64,000 bases of DNA from Squalus acanthias (taxonomy: Eukaryota), in contig CM059427.1 of NCBI GenBank assembly GCA_030390025.1, positions 28,396,001 through 28,460,000 on the forward strand. Reading direction: 5' to 3'. The first letter of the stretch is position 1. Each line of letters starts with the position of its first letter. The position numbers and the translations under genes were made by a program. The notes beneath the pieces were generated by a model. That model was not told the DNA's origin. It ran no database searches and was given only the letters and a program-made list of their open reading frames with translations. Shown one piece after another: positions 12,410 through 26,243 of the stretch.

Positions 12410-14606
12410 TCACTTACTGACATCCAGGTTGGCATGCAAGTTGTGGAGCTTCCTGGTCTCCTCCTCTGAGCCCAGCCCCCCTCCTAGTTTAGTGTCGTCT
12501 GCAAATTTGGAAATGCTGCATCCGACTCCCTGATCCAGGTCATTAATGTAAATTGTGAACAGCTGGGGACCCAGGACAGATCCCTGCGGTACCCCACTTG
12601 TTACTGCCTGCCATTCAGAAAATGAGCCGTTTATTCCAACTCTCTGTTTTCTATCTGACAGCCAGTTCTCTATCCACGTCAATACTTTCCCTTTATCCCA
12701 TGAGCTTCAATTTTCCCTGCTAATCTTTTATGTGGGACCTTATCGAAGGCCTTTTGGAAGTCCAGGTACACCACATCTACTGGCTCTCCCCATCTATTTT
12801 ACCAGTTACTCCCTCAAAAAATTCCAATAGATTAGTCAAGCACGATTTACCCTTTGTAAATCCATGTTGACTCTGTCCTATCCTGTCCCCATTTGCTAAG
12901 TGCTCCGCTATTTCATCCTTAATGATGGACTCCAGCATTTTGCCCACAACTGATGTAAGGCTTACAGGTCTGTAATTACCTGCTTTTTCCCTACCCCCTT
13001 TTTGAATAGTGGGGTAACGTTAGCTACCCTCCAATCCATGGGCACTGTTCCCGAGTCTAATGAATTCTGAAAAATCATACTTAGTGCATCCGCTATCTCT
13101 AGGGCCCCTCCTTCAGTACCTAGGATGCATGTTATCAGGCCCTGGGGATTTGTCCACCTTCAATCCCTTTAGCTTCCTTAACACCATATCCTTAGAGATA
13201 TTGATTTGCGTCAGTTCCTCCTTTGCCAATGTCCCTATTTTTCCCGATATCCCAGGGAGGTTTTTTGTGTCTTCCTTCGTAAAGACTGACCCAAAGTATG
13301 CATTTAGTTGGTCTGCCATTTCCTTATTTCCCGTTATATATTCCCCGTATCTGACTGCAATGGACCAACTTTGGTTTTCACCAGTCTTTTCCTCTTGATA
13401 TACTTATAAAAGCTTTTGGAGTTAGTTTTTATATTTTCCGCCAGCTTGCTTTCGTAAGCTATTTTGCCCCTCTTGATTAAGCCCTTTGTCCTCCTTTGCT
13501 CTATCTTAAACTGTTCCCAATCTTCCGCTCTGGCGCTTTTTTTGGCTATTTTATACGCCCTATCTTTGGATTTTATGCTGTCTCTAATTTCCCCTGTTAT
13601 CCACGGTTGAGTCACCTTTTTAGATTTCCTTTTATGCCAGATTGGTATAAACAATTTTTGCAATTTTGTCATTCTATCTTTAAATGCTTGCCATTGTTTA
13701 TCTACCTCCAGTCCTCCCAGGAACGTTGTCCAATCAGACCTACTCAGTTCCCGTCTAATGGCATCATAATTCCCCTTGTTTAAATTCAGGACCTTAGTCT
13801 CTGAGTCAATTTTCTTCGCTCTCCATTTCGAGTGAGAAATCGATCATGTTATGATCGCTCTGACCAAGGGTCCCGTACAACAAGATTACTAATTAGTCCC
13901 TTCTCATTGCACAGTACCCAGTCCAATATAGCCTGTTCCCGAGTTGGTTCCTCGACATATTGATCCAGATAACCATCCCTGAAACACTCAAGGAATTCCT
14001 CCTCCTCATTATTTTTACTGATTAGGCTAGTCCAATCTATATGTAAGTTAAAGTCACCTATGATGACAGCTGTGCTCTTATTGCACACTTCTCTAATTTC
14101 CCTCGTGATGCCCTCCCCAACTCTATTTTACTATTTGGAGGCCTATATACCACTCCTATTAATGTTTTTCGCCCCTCGCTATTTCTTAGCTCCACCCATA
14201 TAGATTCTGTATTAACTGAGTTAATATCCTTCCTTTCAATTGCATTTATCCCTCTTTTTACCAGCAATGCTACCCTCCTCCCTTTCTTTTTGTCGATCCT
14301 TCCTAATACTGAATACCCCTGTATGTTAAGCTCCCAGCCCTGCTCACCCTGCAACCATGTTTCCGTAATCCCAATTAGATCATAATTATTAACCTCTATT
14401 TCCACAGCTAATTCATCTACCTTGTTCCTGATGCTTCTCGCATTAAGGTATAAAACCCTCAGGCTTTTTTTATGCTCACATTTTTTATGAATTAGTTTGG
14501 CCCTTTGTTTTTTGTTCATCAGCCTTTTACCATTTATTTCTGTCTGCCTTTCACTTTCCTCTATTTCACTACATAGGTTTCTAGCCCCCTGCCATACTAG
14601 TTTAAA
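12410..14606 (-). mobile_element. CR1 LINE ORF2 (APE endonuclease and RT), broken by stops and frameshifts, 3' part missing
   Basis: [63 protein letters not shown] spread across ORFs 12410-14519. Confidence 0.92.
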
Positions 14607-16189
14607 TTATGGTAGGTTAGCATGCCATTCTTTCATTTCTGGAACTCAGACTGATAGAGTGAAATTTTCTCTCTCTGCTGGCTATAATAGTTCCTTATTA
14701 AATGAGTTGTAATGGTCTCAACCCTGTTAATAGTGGACATGAGTCCACTGTACAAAGCTGCCTAGTTTGAATCTAAATTAGGAATCTCACTAAGAGGTTG
14801 TAAAGATGGTTTACATGGAAAATGGAAAAATTCACATTGATGCAAGTTAATCCTGGCTGCTGAATTAATTCTACAGAGAAAGAGGGGGAGGAGGATGTTC
14901 CTCCGTGTTCCTGCCCAATCAGGTTCAGCCTGGTGAGACCAGATGTACCGAAAAACCAACTGGCAGTAATCCTGGGATAATTGCTATGATCGCAGGCCCA
15001 TGTATTTTCAGGACCAGTTGCTCGAATCCTAACCTTGAACTTCTTCTACATTGTATCTGAGTCAAAGGAATACTTGAGGTGATAGGCTGCTGTGTACGCA
15101 TAGAAGCCTCTTAGGATTAAGGTGACCCTTGCCAGCTTCCCACTTCTACTATATGGGCAGTCTGGCCGTGCGTGTTTTCTGCCATATGTGGAGGCACTAG
15201 AGGGGGCTAATGGGAATGTCTGGATGTGTCAGCATCCTGCAGAGACAACACCATCATCTGTGCCCATTTCAGCTACTGGACATTGGCTCACCATGGCCTC
15301 TGATCAAAAAATATAGCAGATCTAATGGCATCACTGAGATCAGTTAAGCCTTCTCTCTAAGTTCTCTGTAACAGATCCCCAATTATGTAGAGTCCAGAAG
15401 TGATAACCTCAGGTCTCTATGGCAGCAGTATAAGCATCTGTGGGAGAAGCACCTATTACTCTTAGGGCTCCTGGCAATGGTGACTCTGCTGCATATTATT
15501 GTAGTTGCCACATACTCCATGGTGGACTGCAGTGTTGCAGAGCCATCACACCACTTATGTGATTAGTGGACTCTTTCACCAAGCTGGCATCTGCAGCACA
15601 GTATTTGGCATGGTCCCCAATGCCTGTACCGATGCTTGATGTTCTTTTAAAAGCCAGTCCAGTGAAGGCTTATCAACTGAGGCAGCATTCAAGCTGGCCC
15701 TCTGGATAGCAGCTTCCTTCCCGTCCTGTCCCACTACCACCTGCTCCTGCTCATTCATGCTACGTGTCTCACCCACTACACTTCCCTCTAACTGGTTTTC
15801 AAAATTCCTCTAGAATGGATGTAACTGATCTGGTGGTTAGGAGGGAGATAGTAAGTGACAGTATATGTGTGTGTGTGTGAACTGCTGGCATGACCATTTT
15901 TAGTGGGGCCTGCCGTGTCTTCGTTTGGCACATGTAGAGAAAGAGAAGAGGAAGACAGTTTGCTGTGGTGTCCTTATGAGCAGAATTCACATATAGCTTT
16001 CAGAAGCAGTGACATGGTTAATACCTTCAATATGTACATTGATAGTATTTAGTGAATGAGAGAATAGGATGAGGAGGGTGAGTGGCAACCGTTGGTAATG
16101 AATCCTGGACTGGTAGTTGGTCTCCTCCTTCCCCATCTCAAGTACCCTCTTTGGCCTCCTTTCCCAGGATTCTGAGGGGTTCTTCCTGA

Positions 16190-19100
16190 TACGTAGGAAC
16201 AGGAGTAAGCCATTTAGCCTCTAGAGCCTATTCTGCCATTCAATGAGATCATGGCTGATCTGTGACCTAACTCCATATACCTGCCTTTGCCCCGTATCTC
16301 TTAATACCTCTGGTTAACAAAAATCTATCAATCTCAGATTTAAAATTAACAATTGACCTAGCATCAATTGTCGTTTGCGGAAGGGAGTTCCAAACTTCTA
16401 CCACCCTTTGTGTGTAGAAGTGTTTCCTAATTTCACTCCTGAAAGGCCTGGCTCTAATATTTAGACTGTGCCCCCTAGTCCTAGAATCCCCAACCAGTGG
16501 AAATAGTTTCTCTCTATCTACGCTATCAGTTCCTCTTAATATCTTGAAAACTTTGATCAAATCACCCCTTAATCTTGTAAATTCCAGGTAATATAACCCT
16601 ACTTTGTGTACTCTCTCCTCGTAATTTAACCCTTGGAGTCCAGGTATCATTCTGGTAAATCTATGTTGCACTCCCTCCAAGGCCAATATATCCCTCCTGA
16701 AGTGTAGTGCCCAGAACTGAACACAGTACTCCAGGTGTGGTCTAACCAGAGCTTTGTATAGCTGTAGTATAATTTCTTCCCCTTGTATTCTAGTCCTCTA
16801 GATATAAAGCCCAGCATTCCATTAGCCTTTTTGATTATTTTCTGTACCTGTCCATGACATTTTAATGATCTATGCACATGTACCCTTAAATCTCTTTGGA
16901 CCTCCACTGCTTCTAGCTTTTCACCATTTAGAAAGTACTCTGTTCTATCCTTTTTAGATCCAAAGTGGATGACTTCACATTCGCCTACATTAAAATCCAT
17001 TTGCCACAGTTTTGTCCATTCGCTTAATCTATTAATATCTCTTTGTAATTTTATGCTTCCATCTGCACTGCTTACAATGCCGCCTATCTTTGTGTCATCG
17101 GCAAACTTGGATATGTGGCTTTCTCTCCCATCATCTAAGTCGTTAATAAATACGGTGAATAGTTGAGGCCCCGACACAGGACCTTGTAGGACACCACTAG
17201 TCACATCCTGCCAATTAGAGTACCTGCCCATTATCCCTACTGTCTGTCTCCTGTTGATCAGCCTCTAATTTCTTAACCAGGTCAATAATTTGCCTTAAAT
17301 TCCATGAGCTTCAACTTTAGCTAACAGTCTCTTATGAAGGAGTTTATCAAATGCCTTCTGGAAGTCCATATAAATAACACCCATTGACCGTCCCCTGCCC
17401 ACTACTTTAGTCACCTCTTCAAAAAATTCAATCAAGTTCATCAGGCATGACCTACCCTTTACAAATCCATGCTGGCTCTCTCTGATTAGCTGAAAATTTT
17501 CAAAGTGTTCAGTCACTCTATCCTTAATTATAGACTCTAATAATTTCCCGACAACAGATGTTAGGCTAACTGGTCTATAATTCCCTGGTTTCCCTCTCTC
17601 ACCATTCTTAAATAACAGAGTTACATGCGCAATTTTCCAATCTAAAGGAACGGATCCCGAATTGAGAGAACTTTGGAAGATTATAGTTAGGGCATCTGCA
17701 ATGTTCTTACCTACTTCCTTTAAAACCCTGGGATGGAAACCATCTGGTTCTGGGGATTTGTCACTCTTTAGTGCCATTATTTTCTTCATTACTGTTATTT
17801 TGCTTACATTAATTTCAGTGAGTCCCCATCCCTGATTCAATATTAGTTTCCATGGGATGTCCGGCATGCTGTACTGTAAATACTGACGCAAATTAATTAT
17901 TCAACATGTCCGCCATTTCCTTATTTTCATTGACAATAGCACCGTTATCAATTTTCAAGGGGCCCACATTGCTCCTGACCACCCTCTTTTTCCTAATATA
18001 ATTGTAAAAAAAATTTGTGTTGATTTTGATATCCCTTGTAAGTTTCTTTTCATACTTCCTTTTTGTAGCTTTAAATATCTGTTTTGTCACCTTTTGTTGT
18101 TCTTTGTATCTCTCCCAGTTGCCAGGATCTATGCTAGTTTTTGCATTTTTGTATGCTTTTTCTTTTAGTTTTATGTTGTCGCTTACCTCTTTAGTCGTCC
18201 ATGGACACTTTTTTTTGGCAAGTAGAGCTCTTGCCCCTTAGTGGTATAAACTGGTTCTGTATCACATTAAATTCATTTTTGAACACCTCCCACTGCTCTT
18301 CTGTCATTTTACCCATTAACAAATTTGCCTAGTTTACTGTGGACAGTCTCTGTCTAGCCTTTTTTTTAAAAAAACACCTGGGAAGACCGGCCATGATGTC
18401 AAGTCACGTTCTGTATCGTGACATGAACCCGATATCGCGATTGAGGCCATCCTCATGAGTGCGGAACTTGGCTATCAGTTTCTGCTCTATGATTTTGCGC
18501 TGTCGTGTATCTCGAAGGCCGCCTTGGAGAACGCTTACCCGCATATCCGAGGCTGAATGCCCCTGGCTGCTGAAGTGTTCCCCGACTGGGAGGCAACCCT
18601 CCTGCCTGGCGATTGTTGCGCGGTGTCCGTTCATACGTTGTCTCAGTGTCTGCATGGTCTCGCCGATGTACCATGCTCTGGAGCATCCTTTACTGCAACG
18701 TATCAGGTAGACAACGTTGGCCGAGTCACATGAGTATGTACCGTGTACCTGGTGGGTAGTGTCCTCACGTGTGATGATGGTATCTGTGTCCATGATTTGG
18801 CATGTCTTGCAGAGGTTGCCGTGGCAGGGTTGTGTGGTGTCTTGGTTGCTGTTCTCCTGAAAGATGGGTAATCTGCTGCGAACGATGGTACTTTTGAGGT
18901 TAGGCGGCTGCTTGAAGGCGAGTAGTGGAGGCGTGGGGATGGCCTTAGCAAGGTGTTCGTCGTCATCGATGACATGTTGAAGGCTGCGAAGAACATGGCG
19001 TAGTTTTTCCGCTCCGGGGAAGTACTGGACGACGTAGGGTACTCTGTTGGTTGTGTCCCGTGTTCGTCTTCTGAGGAGGTCTATGCGGTTTTTCGCTGTG

Positions 19101-20350
19101 GCCCGTCGGAACTGTCGATCGACGAGTCGAGCGTCATATCCCGTTCTTACGAGGGCGTCTTTCAGTGTCCGTAGGTGTCCATCGCGTTCCTCCTCGTCTG
19201 AGCAGATCCTGTGTATTCGCAGGGCTTGTCCATAGGGGATGGCTTCTTTAACGTGGTTAGGGTGGAAGCTGGAGAAGTGGAGCATCGTGAGGTTGTCCGT
19301 GGGCTTGCGGTAGAGTGAAGTGCTGAGGCGTCCGTCTTTGATGGAGATTCGTGTGTCCAAGAATGAAACCGATTCTGAGGAATAGTCCATGGTGAGTTTG
19401 ATGGTGGGATGGAACCTGTTGATGCTATCGTGTAGTCCTTTCAGTGATCCTTCGCCGTGGGTCCAAAGGAAGAAGATGTCGTAGATGTATCTGGTGTACA
19501 GCGTTGGTTGGAGGTCCTGTGCAGCGAAGAAGTCTTGCTCGAACTTGTGCATGAAGATGTTGGCATATTGGGGTGCGAATTTGGTCCCCATGGCTGTTCC
19601 GTGTGTTTGGGTAAAAAAATGGTTGTCGAAGGTGAAGACATTGTGGTCAAGGATGAAGCGGATGAGTTGTAGGATGGCGTCCGGAGATTGGCTGTTGTTG
19701 GTGTTGAGTACTGAGGCTGTCGCAGCGATGCCGTCATTGTGGGGGATATTGGTGTAGAGTGCCGATACGTCCATTGTGACGAGGAGTGTTCCTGGTTCAA
19801 CTGGTCCATGGGTGCTGAGTTTCTGCAAGAAGTCTGTAGTGTCGCGACAGAAGCTTGTATTGAAGTCAGCTTTGCCTAAATCTAGACCCTTAGTAGCTGT
19901 TTCGCGTTTCTCCCTTTCAAACACTACATTGAACTCTGATCGCTATTAGATAAATGTTCATGCACCATTAGGCTGTTAACTAAATCTAATATGGCCTGTT
20001 CACTTGTTGGTTCTAGGACATTGTTGCAGAAAACTATCCTGAACGCACACAAAAAATTCACTACCTTTCTGACATGAGCTAGTCTGCTTATCTCAATCTA
20101 TATGAAAGTTAAAATCCCCTATTAAAACCACTCTGCCTTTTCTATATGCTTGTCTGATCTCTGCATTTATACATTCTACCACTTCACAGCTGCTACCAGA
20201 GGGCCTATACAGAACTCCCTTAAATACTTTTCTATTTCTTGATTCTACCCATAAAGTCTCCACTGCCTGCTTATCTCACATTATATCCTCTCATCATTGA
20301 AGTGATTTCATCCTTAATCACTAAGGCTACTCCTGCCCCTCTGCCATTTT
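16190..20350 (-). mobile_element. CR1 LINE, 5'-truncated, interrupted by a Penelope element
   Basis: ORFs 16267-18090 encode RT (NYRPVSLTS, QHGFVKGRSC, DFQKAFDK, FADDTK) and the C-terminus; endonuclease-region DNA resumes at ~19860. Confidence 0.9.
18360..19860 (-). mobile_element. Penelope-like element, 5'-truncated: RT C-terminal part plus GIY-YIG endonuclease
   Basis: Open ORF 18404..19924: MDVSALYTNI, GTAMGTKFAP, RYIYDIF (YIDD variant), FLDT, YRKPTD, NVVYLIRC...WYIGET...RMNGHR, GLNRD; the first ~22 aa come from flanking CR1 DNA. Confidence 0.93.
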
Positions 20351-21171
20351 CCCTACAGGGTTAGTGGTCTGAAATTGGGAGGGTTCTTCTCCTGTATATG
20401 GTTTCTTATGGTTGCTATTGGGCTGTCTTCTCCTGCAAATAGGGCAAAAGAAGTGAGAAGTTCCAAATGTTGTAATGACAAGCAGTAATACCAAAGTGGC
20501 AGCATGAAACCCATAATAGGTCCAGAAGTTTCCTTCCTTGTCCTGACCCAGGCAGTTGGCTGGTATCCCAGATGAAAGCAGCTGTATTCAATCCACCAAC
20601 TAGTGTAAGTCTTGCCCACTGGGCAGTCCAAGCCTGGCTTATGGCCTAGACCCCTAAAGATAGAAATAGGTTTGGGGATTTCTATGACCCTCTTACAAAG
20701 GAAACCGATGGGCATTATTAAAGTATCTTTGCATGGGGGCCTTGCAATCCCTTCCGGGTACACTACGCAGGAATTTCTGGCTATCTCAGTCAACTGGGCT
20801 CCCAAGTTGCACTCCCAGTGGCAGGGCAATATTTAACCGAGGTGAGCTTCCCCTGACCCCACATACTTTGGCACGGTCAAAGGCAGGTGTTACCCATGCT
20901 TAAGCTAGAATGTCAGGCCTGTGGATTTTTTGGGCCAGAATATAAGTTTTGTGGGTGAGAATGCTAGCATTGCTTTAACAAGTGAACTTTTTATGATCAG
21001 TGTCTACATCTCTCATGAGACCCTGACATCAGAACTGAAAAATGGAATATTACAAACTAGGTTTTTCCAAAGAAGAATGGGATTTGTGAAACAGTGCAAT
21101 TTTGCAAATGGTTCAGTTCTGCTTTTAGCTACTACACAACAGTACAGAATATGACCGAAACAGGTCTATAT

Positions 21172-22890
21172 AGCCTAGAAATTGGATTGGGCAGCACTCG
21201 GTTATCAGACGAAAAATGGGCGCTGAAGAGTCTAATATGGCGTGCGCGCTTATTCCATGCCGGGTATGTGCTGCACCGCATATTGTTTAGGGCGTCTATG
21301 TTCGTCCAGGACGTCCACCTTTTTAATTTAAAAAAAATTAAATTCTCGGGATATGAGCATCGCTATCAAGGCCAGCATTTATTGCCCATCCCTAGTTGCT
21401 CTTAAGAAGGTGGTGGTGGGCTGTCTTCTTAAACCACTGCCGTCGATGTGGTGAAAGTACTCTCACAAAGCTGTTGGTAGGGAATTCCAGGACTTTGACC
21501 CAGCAACAATGAAGGAATGGCGATATATATCCAAGTCGGGATGGTGTGTAACTTGGAGGGGACCTTAGATATGAGGGGTTCCCATGCACCTGCTGCCCCT
21601 TTCCTTCTAGGTGGTGGAGATCGCCGGTTTGGGAGGTGCTGTTGAAGAGGCCTTGGCAAGTTGCTGCAGTGCATCTTGTGGATAGTACACACTGCAGCCA
21701 CGGTGCACTGGTGATGGAGAGAGTGGATATTTAAGGTGATGGATGGGCTGCTGATCAAGGGAACTGCTTTGTCCTGGATAGTATTGAGCTTCTTGACGGC
21801 ACCCATCCAGGCAAGTGGAGAGTATTCCATTACACTCCTGACTTGTAGCTTGTAAGTGGTGGAGAGGCTTTGAGGAGTCAGGAGGTGAGCCACTCGCCAC
21901 AGAATACCCAGCTTCTGACCAGCTCTAGTCGCCTGGGCATTTATGTGGCTGGTCCAGTTGAGTTTCTGGTCAGTGGCAACTCCGTTGGTGGTGGGGGATT
22001 CAACGATGGTAATGCCGTTGAATGTCAAGGGGCAGTGGTTAGACTCTGGCTTGTTGCAGATGGTCATTATCAGCCACTTGTGTAGCATGATTGTTACTTG
22101 CCACTTATCAGTCCAAGGCCAGATGTTATCCACGTCTTGATCCAAGCGTGCATGGCCTGCTTCATTATCTCAAGTATTGTGAATGGAGCTGAACACTGTG
22201 CAATCATCAGTGAACAGCCCCACTTCTGACCTTATGATGGATGGAAGGTCATTGATGAAGCGAAGCAGTTAAAGATGGTTGGACCTAGGACCCTGCCCTG
22301 AGGAACTCCTGCAGTGATGTACTGGGGCTGAGATGATTGGCCTCAAACAACCACAACCATTTTCCGTTGTGCTGGGTATGACTTCAGTCAGTGGAGAGTT
22401 TTCCCCCTGATTCCCATTGACTTCAATTTTACTAAGGCTCCTTGGTGCAACACTTGATCAAATGCTGATTTGATGTCAAGGATAGTCACTCTCTCCTCAC
22501 CTCTGGAATTCAGCTCTTTTCTCCATGTTTCGACCATGGTGGTAATGAGGTCTGGAACCCAATGGTCTTGGTGGAACCCAAGCTGAGCATCGGTAAGCAG
22601 GTTATTGGTGAGTAAATGCCACTTGTTAGCACAGTTGATGACTCCTTCCATCACTTTGCTGATGATTTAAACATGCGTTGGGCCGTGGCCTATGCAAATG
22701 CCTATTTAAGGCTCCTATCCAATATCCAATGCTGCGGTCAGTTTTCTCAAGCGAACAGTAGCCAAATAAGCGGTCATTAAAAGGATCGCTGGAGGCTGCC
22801 ACCAAAAAGGTAGGTAAAATTTTTTTGACTTAAACTGAATGTGGAGCCAGATGGAGCAGGAGAAGTTGGGCACAAACCAATTTCTAGGCC
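21172..22890. mobile_element. Non-autonomous TIR element (Harbinger-like), split by a LINE
   Basis: TIRs AGCCTAGAAATTGG / CCAATTTCTAGGCC (13/14 match). Confidence 0.65.
21325..22665 (-). mobile_element. Second CR1/L2-clade LINE family, 3' part (RT and 3' UTR)
   Basis: ORFs 22388..22654 (LDIKSAFDQVLHQG) and 21429..22145 (WQVTI, QVRSVMEYSPLAW); A/T-rich tail at ~21325. Confidence 0.85.
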
Positions 22891-23220
22891 AATGTCTCCA
22901 ATACACTTTTAAGTTTTGAATATACATCGTAAAAGAAACTTTTTAGTCACAATTGGCTAATCAATTCAGAGTTATGTACGATGGAGGTACAATACTACAC
23001 GTGGTTTGATTTCAATTTGTTTTAACTTTGCTCCTAAATTTACTCGAAAAGCAATTGAGAGCTGAAAACCCCACTTAATGGTGCATTGAAGTTTGAAACA
23101 GAAATTGTGTTGCATCATTAATATATTTAGTATACAATGATTTTTAGCTGTTGAACATCTTGTTTAAAGTAGTGAGAAGATTAATTACATTTTGTTCTTT
23201 CTCTGATATCCTATTTGCAG

Positions 23221-23292
23221 TTCTCATTTATGAGCCTGAAAACCCAGAGGCCAATCAATTCAAGACACTTTTAGAAGTGAAAATACAGTTAG
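23221..23292 (+). CDS. ERICH2: ERICH2 internal coding exon
   Basis: TTTGCAG acceptor at 23220, AG|GTAAG donor at 23293; 72 nt, phase 1-1; reads (I)LIYEPENPEANQFKTLLEVKIQL, containing the ERICH2 ILIYEPENPEA motif. Confidence 0.92.
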
Positions 23293-24159
23293 GTAAGCCG
23301 GGCGAAAACTGTTTGACATCTTTTACCTCGTAGGTCTGAATTGAATCTTTTGTGAGAAGCTCTGCAGTGTATGAAAATCAGTATAAAATAATCATACATT
23401 TTGTTTCTTTTGATGCTGATTTTTGATCTTTAAAAGCTTTACTTGCCATCTTTAATTGTTTTTTTTGCTTTGTAATAACTGCCTTGAAAGAAAGTAATTT
23501 ACATTTTTATGAGAAAAATATTACTAGATTAAGTTTTTGCATATTTTAATTAGTTTTTCAGAATCTGATGCATTGTGTTTTGCTGTGCAGAATTTATAAT
23601 TGGCTACTGAATTTTAAAAACTGTTTACAATTCTAAACTAGTACACCATCCTTGTATTCTGATTATTTGAATATATTCTTTAAAAGAAAGCTAATCAAAT
23701 TTAGAAATAGTATCCATTTGGCTAAATTAGATGTTTTAGAAAGGGTAAATATTGACAAAAAAAGCTGCATGTTATTTCTGGAGGAAAACAGTTAAATTCC
23801 TGCAGTAATAGGCCACGATTATAAAGCTCAACATAAAAGTATTAGAGCAATATTCTGAAAGTGTTCTGTTCTTATTCAGTGGGATAGGGTCTGAATCAGT
23901 TGTTAGATGAGGTAACCTCATGCAATAATAATAGCTTAAGTAATCCTGACAATTAAGAACATGGTACATTCTTTCTAAATATGACCACAATGCTGTATCT
24001 TTTATAGTTGCCCCACAAGTACATTGTTCTAAATCTGGAATGCAAACGTTGTTTAATTCAAACTTAGTTGTGCTATCCAAAATATTGCCTGATATTATCA
24101 ACAGTATAACATAAAAAAGGGTTACTTGGTCAAATCAATGGAAAGGTTTAAATTTTATG

Positions 24160-24350
24160 TGATTAGTGTTAATTTTCATGATCCTGCACTCCCAGTAGAG
24201 TTGCACCCACTGGGGCACTCACAGGGAGTGCATCGTGGATGCACAGCCTACGATTTTCCTTCCATTAAAATTAATGGATGGGAAAATTACAGGCTGTGCA
24301 CCTGTGATGCACTCCCCGCAAGTGCTGCTCTTTGTTCAAGTTGCAGAATT
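24160..24350. repeat. Palindromic MITE-like hairpin element
   Basis: GGGAGTGCATC..TGCACAGCCT..ATTTTCC..TCCATTA / TAATGGA..GGAAAAT..AGGCTGTGCA..GATGCACTCCC, an imperfect inverted repeat centred at ~24269. Confidence 0.6.
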
Positions 24351-25092
24351 GGCTCTTATCATTATTTAGTAAAATTAATCAGTTGGACATTCACAGATTT
24401 GCACTGTGTAGATTGCTCATCTATCTACTACATTCTGAGGATGACACTAACTAACATTTAAGTCCTGATTTTGTGAGATTAGAAATTGGATGGAGTGTAA
24501 AACAGGCAACCGTCCAATCCCATCAGTTCCCGCCGGGCTGGTTAGGTTAAAATGACCCCCACTGTATCTGTGTGTCTTTTTTTCCCCTCCCTCTTTATCT
24601 CTCTCCCCTTTTCTCTGCTTCTCGGTGTCTGTGCCTATCTTCCTTCTCTGTTTCTCTGTGTCTAGTAGGTGTCAGAATGTTTACATTTTCTAACTATCAA
24701 CAAATCACAAGTGGTAATCAGTTGTTAATTGGAGGCTTTGTTTCCTTTCAAAATATAACACTTGTGCCTTTTTAAAAGTCCAATTAGGATGAGGAAAGAC
24801 ACTGGCCGGAATTTTCATTACCTGGGCGGGTCGGGTGCGGGCGGTCGGCATGGCGGCTCGGAACCGCGTTCTTTTTATCTTCCCGCTCCGCAGAGTGACT
24901 TTACGTTAATGGCGCCTATTAAGGCGGGCCTGCGCGTTACCCGGCCCTATTGCATGGTGCGGGTCTGATGATGTCCTGGATGATAAATTTCCAGCGGCGA
25001 TATTTAAAACAGCCTTGGCCACATTGCATTTAAAGGTTCATCTAGGAGTGTACATGGAGGACTTATCACCAACTGGTTATTGCTCAGCCTTC

Positions 25093-26080
25093 ATAGAATC
25101 ATAGAATGGTTACAGCACGGAAGAAGGCCATTCGGCCCGTCGAGCCCGTGCCGTCTCCTTGCAAGAGCACCTCAGCTAGTCCTACTCCCCCGCCCTTTCC
25201 CCGTAGCCCTGCAATTTTTTTTCTTTCAGGTACTTATCCAACTCCCTTTTGAAAGTCGTGATTGAGTCTGCCTCCACCACCCTTTCAGGCAGTGCATTCC
25301 AGATCCTAACCATTCGCTGCGTAAAAAAGGTTTTTCTTATGTCGTCTTTGGTTCTTTTGCCAATCACCTTAAATCTGTGTCCTCTGGTTCTCGGCCCTTC
25401 TGCCAATGGAAACAGTTTCTCTCTATCTACTCTTTCCAGACCCCTCATGATTTTGAACACCTCTATCAAATCTACTCTCAATCTTCTCTGCTCTAAGGAG
25501 AACAACCCCAGCCTCTCCAGTCTATACATCCCTCATCCCTGGAATCATTCTCGTAAATCTTTTTGACACCCTCTCTAAGGCCTTCACATCCTTCCTAAAG
25601 TGCGGTGCCCAGAATTGGACACAATACTCCAGTTGGGGCCGAACCAGTATTTTATACAGGTTCATCATAGTTTCCACGCTTTTGTACTCTATACCTCTAT
25701 TCATGAAGCCCAGGATCCCATAAACTTTTTTAACTGCTTTCTCAACCGGCCCTGCCACCTTCAACCATTTGTGCACATATGCCCCTAGGTCTCTCTGTTT
25801 ATGTACCCACTTTAGGATTGTACCCTTTAGTTTATATTTCCTCTCCTCATTCTTTCTACCAAAATGTATCATTTCGCACTTTGCTGCATTAAATTTCATC
25901 TGCCACGTGTCCGCCCATTCCACCAGCCTGTCTATGTCCTCTTGATGTCTATCACTATACTTCCAAGTTTTGTGTCATCTGCAAATTTTGAAATTGTGCC
26001 CTGTACGCCCACACCCAAGTCATTAATATATATCAAGAAAAGCAGTGGTCCTAGTACTGACCCCTGGGGAACACCACTTG
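25093..26080 (-). mobile_element. CR1 LINE 3' fragment
   Basis: [47 protein letters not shown]; (CATAGAAT)n tail. Confidence 0.9.
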
Positions 26081-26129
26081 CAGAGATGGATTTACAAAGA
26101 CAGAGGGCTGCACCCAGGTTTTCAGATGA

Positions 26130-26243
26130 AAGAAGAAAGAAAGAAAGACTTGCATTTATATAGCGCCTTTCATGACCACCAGACGTCTCAAAGCGCTTTA
26201 CAGCCAATGAAGTACTTTTGAAGTGGAGTCGCTGTTGTAATGT
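26130..26243 (-). mobile_element. 5'-truncated SINE/L2-type tail inserted in a Harbinger Myb exon
   Basis: (AAAG)n ACTTGCATTTATATAGCGCC tail, same as the SINE at 43974; AGATGA repeated on both sides. Confidence 0.7.

Noticed and set aside
14655-16180. Possible ancient Harbinger remnant
   Set aside because: Only vague resemblance; no motif or TIR pair I could verify.
18404-19924. A CR1-Penelope fusion protein of 506 aa
   Set aside because: The N-terminal ~22 residues are chance in-frame read-in from the flanking CR1; RT is 5'-truncated and its YIDD motif is mutated.
20353-20829. 158-aa ORF of unknown function
   Set aside because: No recognisable motif, non-ATG start; probably part of an old non-autonomous element.
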